DNA of 64,000 bases from Amoebidium appalachense (lineage: Eukaryota; Protista; Ichthyosporea), in contig CAVNZM010000003.1 in NCBI GenBank assembly GCA_963693365.1, positions 10,522,488 through 10,586,487 on the forward strand, read 5' to 3'. The position numbers and the translations under genes are program-made. The stretch's first letter is position 1; each line of letters starts with the position of its first letter. This document shows positions 42,051 through 55,562 of the stretch, piece by piece. The notes below the pieces were generated by a model that was not told where the DNA came from, ran no database searches, and saw only the letters and a list, made by a program, of their open reading frames with translations.

Positions 42051-42928
42051 ATGCACAAATTGTCATCATAGCATTACACTACCATAGTAGTTGGTCGACA
42101 ATAACGATATATTGGGAATGTGGACACCATATTGTAAACCAAAAAATAATAACACCATAATATACTACACATACCTAACAATGTATTGTGAATGAATAAA
42201 ATACTTGCTTACGTGCTGGTAACATACGAGAAACAAGGATTCTCTCGCTCTTTTTTTCTTTCTTTTTTGTTTGTTTTTGTGTTTGTGTGTGTGTGTGTGC
42301 GTGTGTGTGTGTGTGTGTTTAAGGGGGGGGGGGGGGGGGGGGGGGGGGGGGTCGTTTTGCAGATATATCGACTAGAGTCCCTCATCAGGGGACACATTCA
42401 CAGTACTTTATTAAGATCGGCCTTCAAGGCCAAAAAAGCTCGATCTCGAGTAAGATTAGATAGCATTTTATGAGGCCGGCCAGGCCTTAAATACAAAAAG
42501 GAGAAAAAACAACACACAGCTAAACATAGATCTAATATTAGCTAAATCAATCGACACACTGGTACATTGCCTGGAGTAAACCGCATCTATCCCACTGGTA
42601 CATGTACTGTCATCATCCAACCAACACCCGTGTAGTACCTTTGTCAAGCGTTCCTACGATACTACATAAGAGAAGAGAGGGTTATATGTGTACGTGTGTA
42701 CGTGTGTACGTGTGTGTGTATGTGTGTATGTGTGAGGGAGGGAGGGAGGGAGGGTTGGGAGGGAGGGAGGGAGGGAGGGGGGAGGGAGGGGGGAGGGAGG
42801 GAGAGAAAGAGAGAAAGAGAGAGAGTGTGCATGTCTGTATGTGTGTGTGTGTGTGTGTGTGTTTGCGTGTGTGTGTGAGTGCATATGTGAGTGTGCATGT
42901 GCATGTGCATGTGCATGTGCATGTGTGT

Positions 42929-42971
<43 letters not shown>

Positions 42972-43445
42972 GGGGGGGAGGGAGGGAGGGAGGGAGGGAG
43001 GGAGGGAGGGAGGGAGGGAGGGAGGGAGGGACGGAGGGAGGGAGGGAGGGATGGTTGGGAGGGAGGGAGGGAGGGGGGAGGGAGGGAGGGAGGGAGGGAG
43101 AGAAAGAGAGAGAGACTGTGTGTGTGTGTGCATATCTGTATGTGTGTGTGTATGTGCGTGTTTGCGTGTGTGCGTGTGTGCATGTGTGAGTGTACATGTG
43201 CATGTGTGTGTGTCTGTGTGTGCATATGTGCATGTGTGTGTGTGTGTGTGTGTATGCGTGTCTGTGTCTGATGTGTGGATGTCTGTGTATGTTGTGTGTG
43301 TGTGTATGTCTGTGTGTGTGTATGTGCTCAGTTGAAAGGGAAGGGGGGGAGAGGGGGGATGCACCGTGTGTGTGCATGTGTGCACGTGTGTGTGTGTGTG
43401 CTCTGTGGAGAGGGAAGGGGAGGGGGGAAATGCACCGTGTGTGTG

Positions 43446-43505
<60 letters not shown>

Positions 43506-43648
43506 TTGTGTGTTTGTCTGTGTGTGCATGTCTGTGTGCGTCGTGTGTGGTGTGTGTGTGTATGTGCATGTCTGTGCATGTGTGCATGTGCTCGGTGGAG
43601 AGGGAAGGGCAAGGGGGGGATTCGTGTCCGTGCATGTGTGCATGTGTG

Positions 43649-43695
<47 letters not shown>

Positions 43696-43930
43696 ATGTA
43701 TGTGTGTGTGTATGTGCTCAGTTGAGAGGGAAGGGGGGGGGGGGGGATGCACCGTGTGTGTGCATGTGTGCACGTGTGTGTGTGTGTGTGCTCTGTGGAG
43801 AGGGAAGGGGAGGGGGAGGAAATGCACCGTGTGTGTGCATATGTGTGTGTGTCTCTCTGTATGTGTGTGTGTGTGTGTTGTGTGTTTGTGTGTGTGAGCA
43901 TGTCTGTGTACGTCGTGTGTGTGTGGTGTG

Positions 43931-43993
<63 letters not shown>

Positions 43994-44134
43994 GGTGTGT
44001 GTGTGTGTCCCGGTGTGCATGTGCGTGCGTGTGTGTGAGTGCATGTTTTTGGAGTGCATGTTTTTGCATTGTGTGCGAGCATGTGGATGCCTTGGTGAGA
44101 ACAAGATTGGACGGTGTCGAATGCTGTGTGTGTT

Positions 44135-44170
<36 letters not shown>

Positions 44171-44576
44171 CTGTGTGCGTGTGTGTTTTTTTGGGGGGAG
44201 AGGGGTAGTAGGAGGACAAGAGGGGGGGGGGGGGGGGGGTGGTAAAGAGTACGAGAGAAAGGGGTAGAATTTCAGACATGTGGAGGCTTGAGCAAAAGCA
44301 GGTTAAGTCCATAATGGGTAAAACCGGCGCTGGAACGAGAGGGGAAGGGGGGGGGGGGGGGGGGAGGGGGGGGGGGGGGGGGTGATGATGTGTGCATTCG
44401 AGGGTGGCAGCCAAAGAAGCAAAGCATCGCAAAGGACATTGGAATAGAGGGACACAGGACCAAAACAGGATCAATGGGAGAAGAGGGAAAAAAATTAATA
44501 GTTATCGGGGAGGGATAAGAAGAAATACTGCAAGTAATCGAGGCGAACAGGTATGGGGGGAACCGGGCAGGAAGAA

Positions 44577-44607
<31 letters not shown>

Positions 44608-44919
44608 GAAGGACGAGAGGGTGGGTCACAAGACAGAGATTATTCAGTACAGACTAAGGCTTCAGTCGGGAAGGGAGGGGGGGGGGGAGGGAGGGGGGAG
44701 GGGAGAGGAGGGGGTGGGGGGGGGGTCATAAAAGGACAAGGAAAGGAGGTGACTTCAGCAACCAGTCGAGGCTTGAACAAGAGTAGGTGAAGTTTGTAAC
44801 GGTTAGCAAAACTGGTGCTAGAACGAGAGAGGAAACACACAGTGAAACGTAAAAGAGGGTAGAGAGTTGAGAGGAAGAAGGGGAAGTTTGTGTGTGTGCG
44901 TGTATGCATGGGTGGGTGG

Positions 44920-45032
<113 letters not shown>

Positions 45033-45313
45033 TGGTTACACTGGCAGCGTCCGTGGTGATGGGTTTGGGGGGGAAGGGGGTGAGGGGAGTGAGGGATGTT
45101 TCGAAGAAAGAAAAGTATTGCAAGTAACAAGGGGGCATAAAGACATAGGACTAAAACAAAATGGAGGGGGAGGAGGGGGGGGATGCTGTAAACTTTGATG
45201 CGTCTCGGGGACGTGTGTAGGGACTGCGAGTTCTCTTAGATTTGCATTTCAGAATTTTTACTCTATTCCTCCAGGTTTTTTTTATATTTTTTTTAGGGTT
45301 GGGTTGGGTTGGG

Positions 45314-45357
<44 letters not shown>

Positions 45358-46798
45358 GTCATTACTTTCCTGTATTATCCTTTATGCTACTTCAAGTTTT
45401 ATACCCTACCGCTTACACAGGATGTAGGCTGGTGAAAGGTTTAATGGTAGGACGTTCGGTGACGTTTGTACCACGGACCACGGGAACATCTTCCCCAGGA
45501 ACAGTATTCAAAACAAAGAACTTTTATATTTTGAGGTGCTAAAAACGTGAGGACCACTTGTTATGGCCGTTGCCCTTCTCAATCTTGGTACGGAAATGCA
45601 CCCATATTATACTGCAAATGTATTGTATTTGACGTGTGTATATCGTACAGGTACTGGTAGTATATTGATAGTACCTCCTACGTAATGATTTGTTCGCATT
45701 CGAACATACTGGCAGTATATACTGAGACTATAACCAATATATGGTGTCCTTAGCTGTGTCCGTATTGGTGACAGTATTATAGATGTATTCGTGACATTGC
45801 CAAGACCACTTGTGCCTTAGATATTCGCAATAGGATAAAAGTTTTCTTGCTATATCATGTTTATGTCCTACTAATATGGATGTGATATGGGTAGGATATG
45901 ATCTACATAATGTCAGTATATGTCCACCCTAATACCACGGTATTAGCAATGTACTGCGCATACAAGGACTACACTCCGAACATGTTTGTTGAACATGTGT
46001 TGGCAATACATTCACAATATTGCAACTACATAGGTAAAGTGACCTGTTCTTTCATCCCCAATATTGTACCAATATATTGGCAATAAAATACACGCCCCAT
46101 ATTTTCGGTTGCTTTTACCTATTGATAATAGGTGCATAATAGTCTTGATATTGTGACGGATACATTGGCAAATTACATTTGGACCGTATTGAGACCCTAT
46201 TATAAGCATATCACAACCCTATAACCAATAGCGACGTTATGTTTGTATCGGCCATATGGGACATATGTGTTGGGTATATTGCCAATAACCCAAAATGGTC
46301 AGGAATAATACATTCATAATATATTGGCAATAGTCTTGCCACGTTGGACAATACCATAATTTGACACAAAATTATCCTACATTTTATATATTCATAACTT
46401 ATTGACAATACTCCGCAAGCAATAGTATAATACCGAATAAATACATTGACAATATCGAAATTGTATTGTTAATAGGCACACGTACACGCGTTTTGAGATA
46501 TTGCCAGTACATTACTCATACGGTATATAGTTATTGGTGGTAGACCCGGCATGGTATGACAATAATATCAAAATATGTTGCCGATATTACGTCAATATTA
46601 CAGTTCTATTACACTTCTATAGCGTCTCTACCACAGAAAATCTCTACTCGCAATACATTGGCAATGGATAATTGATATTACTTCAGTATTAATCTGGTAT
46701 TTTTACGATATTGGCAATAGATAATAGCCTCACAATATTGGCAATACCGCCGGGAAGTTTGCTGATGCACTTCCGAGAGCCCACCCCCGACACACCAC

Positions 46799-48076
46799 TC
46801 ATCGATCCCTGACGGGGTTAGGGCCCTCGCCCTTCCCCATCTTTCCCTCCTTCTCCTTTCCCTTTTTCCCCTTCTCGATCTGCGCAAACAGCTTAACCGT
46901 CGTAGCCTCACGCGCCAACAGCGCGTTTGCACGGACCAGCGTGGCGCTCGATGTGCTCTTGCCTACCGAGGGGCAGTAGCTGAGGCTGTAGCCGGGCACG
47001 TTCACATAGGCGTCCAAATCCATGACCCGGCGGAGGAGGCGCTCCGTTGCATCAAGGAAGAGGAACTTGGGCCCACACTGTTTGATGCCCACATCGATTG
47101 CATCAAGGATGACAGAAGCCTCATACCACGCAAATGCTTTCTGGGACCCTGTGGCCCTTACCTTCGCAAACGTGCCAACCGCAAATGTGGTGACCAAGTC
47201 GCGCCCGGTAGAGTAGTCGCCGTAGGAGATATTGTCGTTGATGAAGTTGTGGCCCAGATAACCTTCCTCCGAGAACGAACCTGCAATTCTTCCCAAATCC
47301 GCCGGTTTCACTGCGAATTGCAAAGTTTCCTGCACTGGCTCTGGGGGCACCACACGAGCCGTCTTGGCAATCTTAACCGTTTTGCTGTCTTGGAAGTACA
47401 CCCCTGCCGCCGCCATCCATGAATTGAAAGGGTCCGTTATCCACTCCTCTGGAATAGACTCACTCAACTGCTGCTTAGCTGGAGCGGGCTTAGGGCGAAG
47501 ACGAAGGGACTCAACCGTGGCTCTGCCCTGCTTGGCACCGTCGTTTTGCGAGTCCTCGGCCAAGAAGCCCCCCAAAAACGCCTGCTGGTGCCCCCACTCA
47601 CCCCTGCCTGCCGTGCCCGTGTCGTCTCCACTCTCTTTAGGCTGCTTGGTTGTGCCGGGAATATCTTGACTGGGCTGGTAGGCATGCACAAACCGATAGG
47701 GCGATGGTTGCTGGTTGGTGACGACAACCTTCTGAGCGATATAAGCCAACAGCTCCCAACCCTCGTCTCTCTGCCCCTCCAAACTGCCGAGGTCAAATTT
47801 ACACAGCTCGAGCACGTGGCACAGATAGTCCACCTGCTCCTTGGTGGGAGGATCGGACACGTCTCCCTCCTGGGCAACTACCCTGTCCAGCAACGCTGCT
47901 AGCAGCCTACGAAAGACCAACCACCGAGAGGAGGATGGGCTGCGAATATACGCCACGCCCCGCTCAATCACTATCACCACTGCTGTCGACCACGAGGCCG
48001 TGTTCACCTGGCTGTCAAGAAACCCCTCTGCTTGCCTCTCCAGAATGCGACTTTCCTCTGCGTTTCCGGCTGCCAT
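46799..48076 (-). CDS. gag-like ORF1 of the YR retrotransposon
   Basis: 425-codon ORF from MAAGN, basic C-terminus, stop overlapping the pol ATG (ATGA). A near-identical partial copy lies at 55563-56362. Function inferred from position. Confidence 0.7.
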   Translation of the reverse strand: MAAGNAEESRILERQAEGFLDSQVNTASWSTAVVIVIERGVAYIRSPSSSRWLVFRRLLAALLDRVVAQEGDVSDPPTKEQVDYLCHVLELCKFDLGSLEGQRDEGWELLAYIAQKVVVTNQQPSPYRFVHAYQPSQDIPGTTKQPKESGDDTGTAGRGEWGHQQAFLGGFLAEDSQNDGAKQGRATVESLRLRPKPAPAKQQLSESIPEEWITDPFNSWMAAAGVYFQDSKTVKIAKTARVVPPEPVQETLQFAVKPADLGRIAGSFSEEGYLGHNFINDNISYGDYSTGRDLVTTFAVGTFAKVRATGSQKAFAWYEASVILDAIDVGIKQCGPKFLFLDATERLLRRVMDLDAYVNVPGYSLSYCPSVGKSTSSATLVRANALLAREATTVKLFAQIEKGKKGKEKEGKMGKGEGPNPVRDR

Positions 48077-49192
48077 GATTGCGAAAAGAAGCAAGAGAAA
48101 GCAAGAGCAAACCGTAAGGCACCAACTAATCAGACTGAGGTCTCAGCTTCTGCCCCTTTACACAAGGTGCCACCAAACCAAGAAAACACCCAAACAGCCT
48201 AATTATTACCTTATCACGTTGCTCCCTCCCCTTTTTTCTTTTCACCTACACACTAGCTCTAAAAACAAGAACTGAACGAACGACGCCCACAGCTTGTAGA
48301 GCTGGTGCGCGGCTCACTCACATTTTTGGAACAGTGGAAAAGCCACCAATCATATCACCTATCTACTGATAACTACGGATCACTTCATAACTATACCTGA
48401 TCTATATCCAATCACTAAAGATACATACGACTGAGCTTAACATTCTACCCGTTAGGGCCAATCAGCTTGCACCGCTATGTAGCCGTTACCGCCGACTGAC
48501 CGAACACGTGTCATCTCTCACCGCTGCCTCCTCCCGCTCGAGAACAACAAACCGTATCGCCCTTTGGCCAATCGTAACGGACAATTTCTTAATCGTGACG
48601 GGTGGGTTCTTGGGGAGCTGCAAGCCCCGCCTAAAACGTCCCCCCAGTCGCAAAACTCACAATACGTGTTTTTACAAATTGAGTACCGCAAGATTACAGG
48701 CCCTGAAAACTGATCGGGGCTCGATATTGCACATGAGAAGCGCTGTAGATATGTTCTTGGGGGGGAATGTGCTGTTCTTGAACAGAAATATTGAAAAAAA
48801 TAGGGAAACTTACATATTCAAGCGTTTCTAATGCTACACACCTGATACGAAAGCTGTTACGACGGTACCCTGACCTTATTCGTATCGGGGTCTCTCGTTA
48901 ATCACAATTGCGACGATTTTTTTTCGTAATCCCTACCCTGGACGAAAGACACATTCAATGACGGAAGATGACGACCAAACATTCCAACGGAGATCAAGCG
49001 TGGCGTATATAACTCAACCGCTTTGTGTGATCAGTCAGAACTCAGCTTTTGCCACCGGAAGCATTGCGAATTTTGAAGGCGTAAAAATTATAGAAGTCCA
49101 AAAAAATCAACATAGTCGCCACTTTATATACCTTTCTTCACATCATATCCGGATCCCTATCCGGATCCGGTTCTCTTCAAAAGCTTTCCAAA

Positions 49193-49741
49193 ATGGTGGT
49201 ACCTGTTCGTCTGATTGTCTGATCATCTGATTGTTCGTCTGATTGTTCGCGTCTGCAAGCGTGTCGTCCACATGGCCAAAGGTGCTGTAGGCAGCGCGTC
49301 CTCGCATGGAAAAGCCACATCTTCCCAAAAGGTTCATAGTGATAAATACAACCAGCAAGAAAATAGGCAGGAAGTTAGCCCTGCGGAGGCATCCAAAAAA
49401 GATGATATAATTTTGCAGAGTCCAACTCTTCGACACCGAGAGGGCCTATTGAGGCCACAAAGAGACCACCACAGTCTGTTTCCAACAGTGAAAGTGAAAC
49501 AGCGAGAGAAAGCTATGCTCCTAGAAGTTCACCAAAAATTCCCGTTTACCGGAAAAGAGCTCGTGCTCAGGTCGCCGCTGGAGCAAGGCCTTGCCGAGCA
49601 GCACGAGGTGATAATGATAACAGTGATGATGAATTCAAAAAGAGCGAGCTCGGCAAGGTTGAAACTTGTGATTTGCCTGAGTTTATGGATTCTAGGCTGG
49701 TTGCAGAGCGTGAGAAAATGAAGCGCACTTATGGTAATTAG
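49193..49741 (+). pseudogene. Partner gene copy 2 with several frameshifts
   Basis: Homologous to 25714-26198. A CTGATTGT duplication creates a stop after MVVPVRLIV. Conserved C-terminal frame GKVETCDLPEFMDSRLVAEREKMKRTYGN*. Confidence 0.6.
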
Positions 49742-50703
49742 TGGTACAAAACAAACAAATATCGACAGACACAGACCCGTGCAAAAGTAATCAGTACTAT
49801 TGACACTTGTATATCATAGCTTCATACATCTTCCTTTTGTGGATTCGGAGTAAGTTTCTCAAACAGCCATGTACATAAAGAGTAATTTAAAGGCAATTTT
49901 ACTGAACCATTTCCAAAAAATACATTGCCAGTGTCTTGTAAATACACCGGTGACTCTTAAGTGGGCATGTACACCGGAACCTTAGGGGTCTACAATACAG
50001 TAAATGCTTAAACACAATCTATGAAAACTACTCCGGGACGTGTGTTGCCTCTAGGGGGACATCCCCTTGGACGAAAGTGAACCTGCAATGGTTGTAAACC
50101 ACGGCAAGCCCCCAGTCATCAATTTATTGATCCGTGAGGTCCATGTGCCCAAAAAAACGGGGGAAGTCTTCGCCCCGTGAAAAAACAGCTTGTATGTGTG
50201 GATCAATGGGGGTTGAGTGTGGGTGTAGGTGGGTGGGTGAAAAGGAATATATAGCTGTAAGGCTGTGGATGCTAAACACAGAAGATGTGTTTGTAGCTTG
50301 CTGATCTGCTAAAAACTGTCGTGCTTATATACCTAAGCCTACCGATCTGAGCCAATCAAAATCGATCTAGTGATATGTGAAATCTGAGCCGAGCCAATCA
50401 TAACTCGGTCTAGTGATCTGTGGTATCTGATGTTTTGATTGGCTAATTGGTGCCCGTGTGCGGGCAGCCAACCGCTAACTGCTAAAACACGAAAGTGAAG
50501 CCTACATGGTTATGTTGGTATCGAACACCCATCCTACGTGTTTACCCAGAAAAATATTTATGTCAATAATTTCCACAAATAAAACCTCTATGAAAACTAC
50601 TCCGGGACGTGTGTTGCCTCTAGGGGGACATCCCCTTGGACGAAAGTGAACCTGCAATGGTTGTAAACCACGGCACGAGAGCAGTATGCTTGCTCCAAAG
50701 GTT

Positions 50704-51735
50704 TCACTTAAGAATAGAGGCGAATACACGTGTGGTGGTGGCAGCAATGGAGGCCGGACGAAGTCGGGTATAGATCAGGAAGCAGTCGGAGGACCAGCTG
50801 CCGAGTTGTTTGATCCGGGAGTCGTCGACCCCGGCCTCAGCCAGTGCTGTGGCCCCCCCGATGCGGAGGCTGTGTCCGGCAAACCGGGAGGGTGAGAGGC
50901 CTGCCCGGGAGAGGAGGGCACGGAAATCGGCAGAGAAAGCACTCTTGGTGTAGGGGATGCCACCGAGACTGAAGAGGGGGTCGTCGGGTTGACCGGACGT
51001 TGTATCCAGGAACTGCCGGAGGAGATGGGCTGGGGAGAAGTGGGTGAGGGGCAGGGCAGCTAGGGTGACGTTGACACCTCGGGCCTGTACATCCGTCTTA
51101 GAGGTTGGCAGGTGGAGGGTGGCATGGGACAAAGTACCGGTGGGGGTGTAGCTGAAGGTCACGTCCTTCCGTTTAACGTGACGGGACGGGTTGAAAGAAG
51201 TCAGGGTCTTGGAGGTAAATTCCCCTGAACGGAGGAGACCACAGAAACCGACGATGAGGGCCGTCCATAGCCGGAGATTGGCCGAGGAGGCCTTTGTGGG
51301 GCACTGGCCATGAAGTAGGCTGAGGTGGGAGGGCAGGAGGGGTTCCCTGGTTGATGAGCGGGGTCGGATGTTGTGAGAAAGCTGCCATCTGCCCACCCCC
51401 CGTAGGAACCAGGCCAGAGACTTGTCGTGGGGGTAGGGAGCAGGGAGGCCCATGTCGAGGTGGAGCCTGGTGATGGCCGAATTGTAGCCGGTTAAGGAAG
51501 AGGCCTGTACCCCTCGTTGGGCACACCAGGCGAGAAAAAGTTGCACGGTGTGTGGGGAGGCCGGGAGGGAGGACCCGGAGGAGGATTGCAGCCGAGATGC
51601 CACACAGAAATCGATGAACACTTTTTGCACCCGGGAGTAAAAGGCCCGAGAGTCTAGGTTGAGACTCAGGGCCTGGCATTCCTGCAGGGTAGTGGTGGCA
51701 CGAAGCAGCTCGGCCGGAGCAAAGTGGGGGGCCAA
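50704..51735 (-). CDS. Tyrosine recombinase (intact frame)
   Basis: LLRSGE, SKTD, HSLRIGGAT and GSWSS..F..Y motifs; N-terminal SAM-like region. No in-frame ATG seen. Confidence 0.92.
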   Translation of the reverse strand: MAPHFAPAELLRATTTLQECQALSLNLDSRAFYSRVQKVFIDFCVASRLQSSSGSSLPASPHTVQLFLAWCAQRGVQASSLTGYNSAITRLHLDMGLPAPYPHDKSLAWFLRGVGRWQLSHNIRPRSSTREPLLPSHLSLLHGQCPTKASSANLRLWTALIVGFCGLLRSGEFTSKTLTSFNPSRHVKRKDVTFSYTPTGTLSHATLHLPTSKTDVQARGVNVTLAALPLTHFSPAHLLRQFLDTTSGQPDDPLFSLGGIPYTKSAFSADFRALLSRAGLSPSRFAGHSLRIGGATALAEAGVDDSRIKQLGSWSSDCFLIYTRLRPASIAATTTRVFASILK

Positions 51736-51766
51736 TCGGCCAGCGGTGCTCCGGAAGGGGAGATCT

Positions 51767-51808
<42 letters not shown>

Positions 51809-52053
51809 GAGCCCAGGGGAAGGGATAGGAACTTGTGGACCCAGAAGGGGAAGGGGCAGGGCTCCGGTTGCAGGTAAGGTCGGAGTCGTCGGGTCCGGGG
51901 AAGTTGTTTACGGAGGAGCTGCGCGGCGAATGATTGGGCTGGGTTGGGGGGGGAAGCAGCTCCCGGAGGCGGGAGGTGTCAACGTGGTGCTTGGGCAGCG
52001 GGCGGGGGGGGGTGGTTAGCAAGGGTGGGGCACCCTCGGGGAGATCCCGGCAT

Positions 52054-52094
<41 letters not shown>

Positions 52095-52485
52095 CAGGGC
52101 CCCGGGGGGTTAGAGTAGGGCAGCTGGGCCCGAGGGAGGGTTTGCAGGGAGGGTAGCGGGGCCCTGTGCAGGGGATGCCCGAGCACGCGCGGGTGTGGGC
52201 GTACACAGAGTGAGAAGAAGGGGGGGGAGGGAGTGCTAGGTGAGTGTAAGGGGGGGGAGGCTCGAGGGATGGGGGGGGGGGGGGAGTAAAATTATGTGCA
52301 GTGGCCAGAATAACGTCTTTGTGTAGGGACATTTATTCTTGGCGCGCGCGGGCGCCGTAGTTGGCCTGCGAAAATTTGTACTCAGCCCTAGTGCCCCGTT
52401 TTTTCCCGAGCTCCGTGTCCCTGGACCCGTGTAACCTAGCTCCTAGCCCCTATGTTCTATCTGTGGGTGTGGGTGTGCGCGTAGA

Positions 52486-53647
52486 CTAGGCATTGTGCTT
52501 GCAGTCTTTGCGGGGGTGTGTGCCAGAGCAGAGCGGGCACACGTGGGAGAAGGGGCAGGGCTGCTTAGCGCAGGACCGACCGTTGTGGAAATTCCTGCAG
52601 TGTGTCGCGGGTAGATCCACGGGTCGAGCCGGTGGTGCCGGGCCGGGTTGCGGGCCGGGTCGGTGGGGGGTTTGTCCCCCGCCGGGCTTGTGGGGCGGCT
52701 CGAAACCATCAAGACCACAGCCGGGCTTGGGGTACATGGGGCAGGCCGCGCTGGGGTGGTCGGGGAAGCCGCAGCGCTGACATGCGTCCGGGATGAGCAG
52801 AGTGGGTGGCAGTAGGAGATCCTGGTGGAGTTGGGCGAGCAGGTTGGGACACTCGATCGGAGCCCGACCCTGTTGGTGGGCAACGGTTCGGGCGTATACG
52901 TCATAGTTGTGGATCTGGGCCCACGGGTATCGGGTGCTGAGGCGAGTGATGTGCTGAGTCCAAAGTACTTCTTTGTCCGTGGGGAGGCCGAGGTGGTGCT
53001 TGGCGGCCATGTAATGGGTCCAAGCTTGGATCCAAATGACGAGTGAACGCAGGGGAACGGGTTTGTCTTGGCGAAAAGTCTCGATGCTGCCGTCGTCGGC
53101 CATGCGCAGATGCTGACCTTTCTTGGATGGGGCCAGGAGGGCGGCGGGGGGTGAACTTATACAGGTCGACGAAACGATTGGCGCGCAAATCCGCCAGCAC
53201 ATCCGCGGGGGGAAGCGGGAGTGTGCCCGGCTGAATGTCGCCAGTGTTCTCACCTGTAATGGGGGGCACGGGCAGGGCAGGTAGATCCAGGTCAGGGCCG
53301 AGATGCAGCCCCAGGGAAACCTCCCCGGGTGCGGAGGGCGCGGCGGGGGGCGCGGGAGGGTCGCGGTTGGTGAGAGCGGCCAGGACGCCAGCCATCTGGG
53401 TGCTGATGGCGGTGAGGGCGGCAAGGACGGCGTCTTGAGAAGTCATCGGCGGGGACGGTGGGGCCTGAGGAGGGACTTCAGGAGTAGAGGGGAGAGTAGC
53501 CGGAGGGTCCGTGGTGGTATGGGCCGCTGGAGGCGCGTCAGTGCCTGCGGGAGCGTTGGTCAGCCTGTGGCGGAGGTCGCTGCGGGTCAGGCGTTTAGGT
53601 GCCGCGGCAGGGGCGGCGGCTGAGGCCTGGCGCTTTTTCGGCGGCAT
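52486..53647 (-). CDS. Ngaro-type gag with zinc fingers, 1 frameshift in a G-run at about 53145
   Basis: MPPKKR start, FVDL, WIQAWTHY, YD..R, CQRCGFPDHPSAAC and CRNFH..C...C.FSHVC..CSGTHP...C motifs. Confidence 0.8.
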
Positions 53648-54627
53648 GCTGACCGGCGTAGGGAAAGATAGGGAAAAGAAAAGGAATATATAGCTGTAAG
53701 GCTGTGGATGCTAAACACAGAAGATGTGTTTGTAGCTTGCTGATCTGCTAAAAACTGTCGTGCTTATATACCTAAGCCTACCGATCTGAGCCAATCAAAA
53801 TCGATCTAGTGATATGTGAAATCTGATCCGAGCCAATCATAACTCGGTCTAGTGATCTGTGGTATCTGATGTTTTGATTGGCTAATTGGTGCCCGTGTGC
53901 GGGCAGCCAACCGCTAACTGCTAAAACACGAAAGTGAAGCCTACATGGTTATGTTGGTATCGAACACCCATCCTACGTGTTTACCCAGAAATATATTTAT
54001 GTCAATAATTTCCACAAATAAAACCTAAACTTATCTCGTGCGTGGGTCCTCAAATAGTTTTATCCCTTTCACTTCACACATGCTACACTCTTCTGGCTTT
54101 GCCTACACTCCCAGCAGGATGGTATACCGGCATCAAAAATTTGCAGGGCCGAGGGGGGGGGGGGGGGGGAGGAGAGTAAGGGGGCAGGGGGGGGGGGATG
54201 CTTTTCAAGAGGGCCCAGCATGACAATTGGGATACTATTATACCTACTCATTGAGTACCGCCTGGGCAGATGTGGCCGAGTGTGTGCCTGTCTGTGTGCC
54301 TTGCTACGCTCATACTGAATAAATTTTGCCTTACTATGCTTAAGCAAAAATACACCCACACGCACGCGCAAACAAGAAGGCACACAGATACACACACACA
54401 CGCACATGCGAAACAGGCACGCAAGCATGCACCCACAGATGCACGCAAGCTCATGCACGGACACACATATGCACACAACCACCGAAACCCGCACACACAC
54501 ACACACACACTTAGACACACACACAAACAAACAAACAAACACACACACACACTAATACACACATAAACACGCACGCACGCACGCACGCAGGCACCCACAA
54601 ACACACGCTGGCAGGCAGGCACGCACA

Positions 54628-55468
54628 GTTGTTTTGTACGGTCTAAGGGAGCAGAGTGCACAGAGGTGTCATGTAAAACACGACCAACACAATAAAGAGA
54701 GGGCAATCGGAGTTGTTCACGACACATGAAAGATTTTAAACAACAACTGACCTTTTATTGTGCTCTCGGGTCTTTTTGTACTTGCAACTTATCATCTTAT
54801 CTCAACTTGTTATTTTGTACGGGTCTAAGGGAGCAGAGTGCACAGAGGTGTCATGTTAAACACGACTAACACATTAATGAGAGGGCAATCGGAGTTGTTC
54901 ACGAGACATTGAAAGATTCAAACAACAACTGATTCTTTATTGTGCTCTCGGTTCCTTTTGTACTTGCGACTTATCACCTAGATCACAACTAAAGAGGGAG
55001 AACCAATCGGTTCTATCAGAAGATAGAAAAACACATTCAGACAGAGCATACGCATTCCAACTTCCGATTAAACTAAAGCTTAGAAACTCTTACTTAAATA
55101 AATTAAGTTATTATACATCTAGTCACTATTAACTCACATATATATTTATGTTCGTCTCTATAAAGAAACTTATTTAAATACATATATTTCCTAATAGTCG
55201 ACACTCTCAAAGTGAAGACACTTTGCAATAAACCGAATTCCATATATATCTATTGTCCAATCACAACACACATATATTAATAGACAGGAATGCACAACAC
55301 AATCTACAGATGTACTCGCTCGCGACTATTGGCGAGCCATCCTTTTGAGAACAAAACTAAGCCATTTTGAAATAAAGGAAAGACAACGAGTGAGGCTAGC
55401 CAATCATGCTACCTCTCAGATAAACAGAGGAGAGCAAACAGAAATAAAAATACAATAAGTTCTTATCA
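54628..55468 (-). repeat. LTR-like remnant related to the 58148 LTR, with a tandemly duplicated about 180-bp end
   Basis: 54628-54807 repeats as 54808-54990. TGTTATTTTGT...GCAGAGTGCACAGA resembles 58148-58190. No convincing TSD. Confidence 0.5.
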
Positions 55469-55562
55469 GGCAAGAGAGCCAGGTGTGCACAGATCTACAG
55501 ATATCTGTGCCCACAGAAACAAGGGAGAGAGAGATACGGGGGGGGGGGGGGAGAGAGAGAGA

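Larger units (their letters stand above)
50018..54026 (-). mobile_element. Ngaro/PAT-type YR retroelement with split direct repeats, lacking RT/RNase H
   Basis: Repeat A (349 bp) at 53678-54026 and 50239-50587; repeat B (89 bp) at 50587-50675 and 50018-50106, giving A1-gag-YR-B1A2-B2 on the minus strand. Confidence 0.92.
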
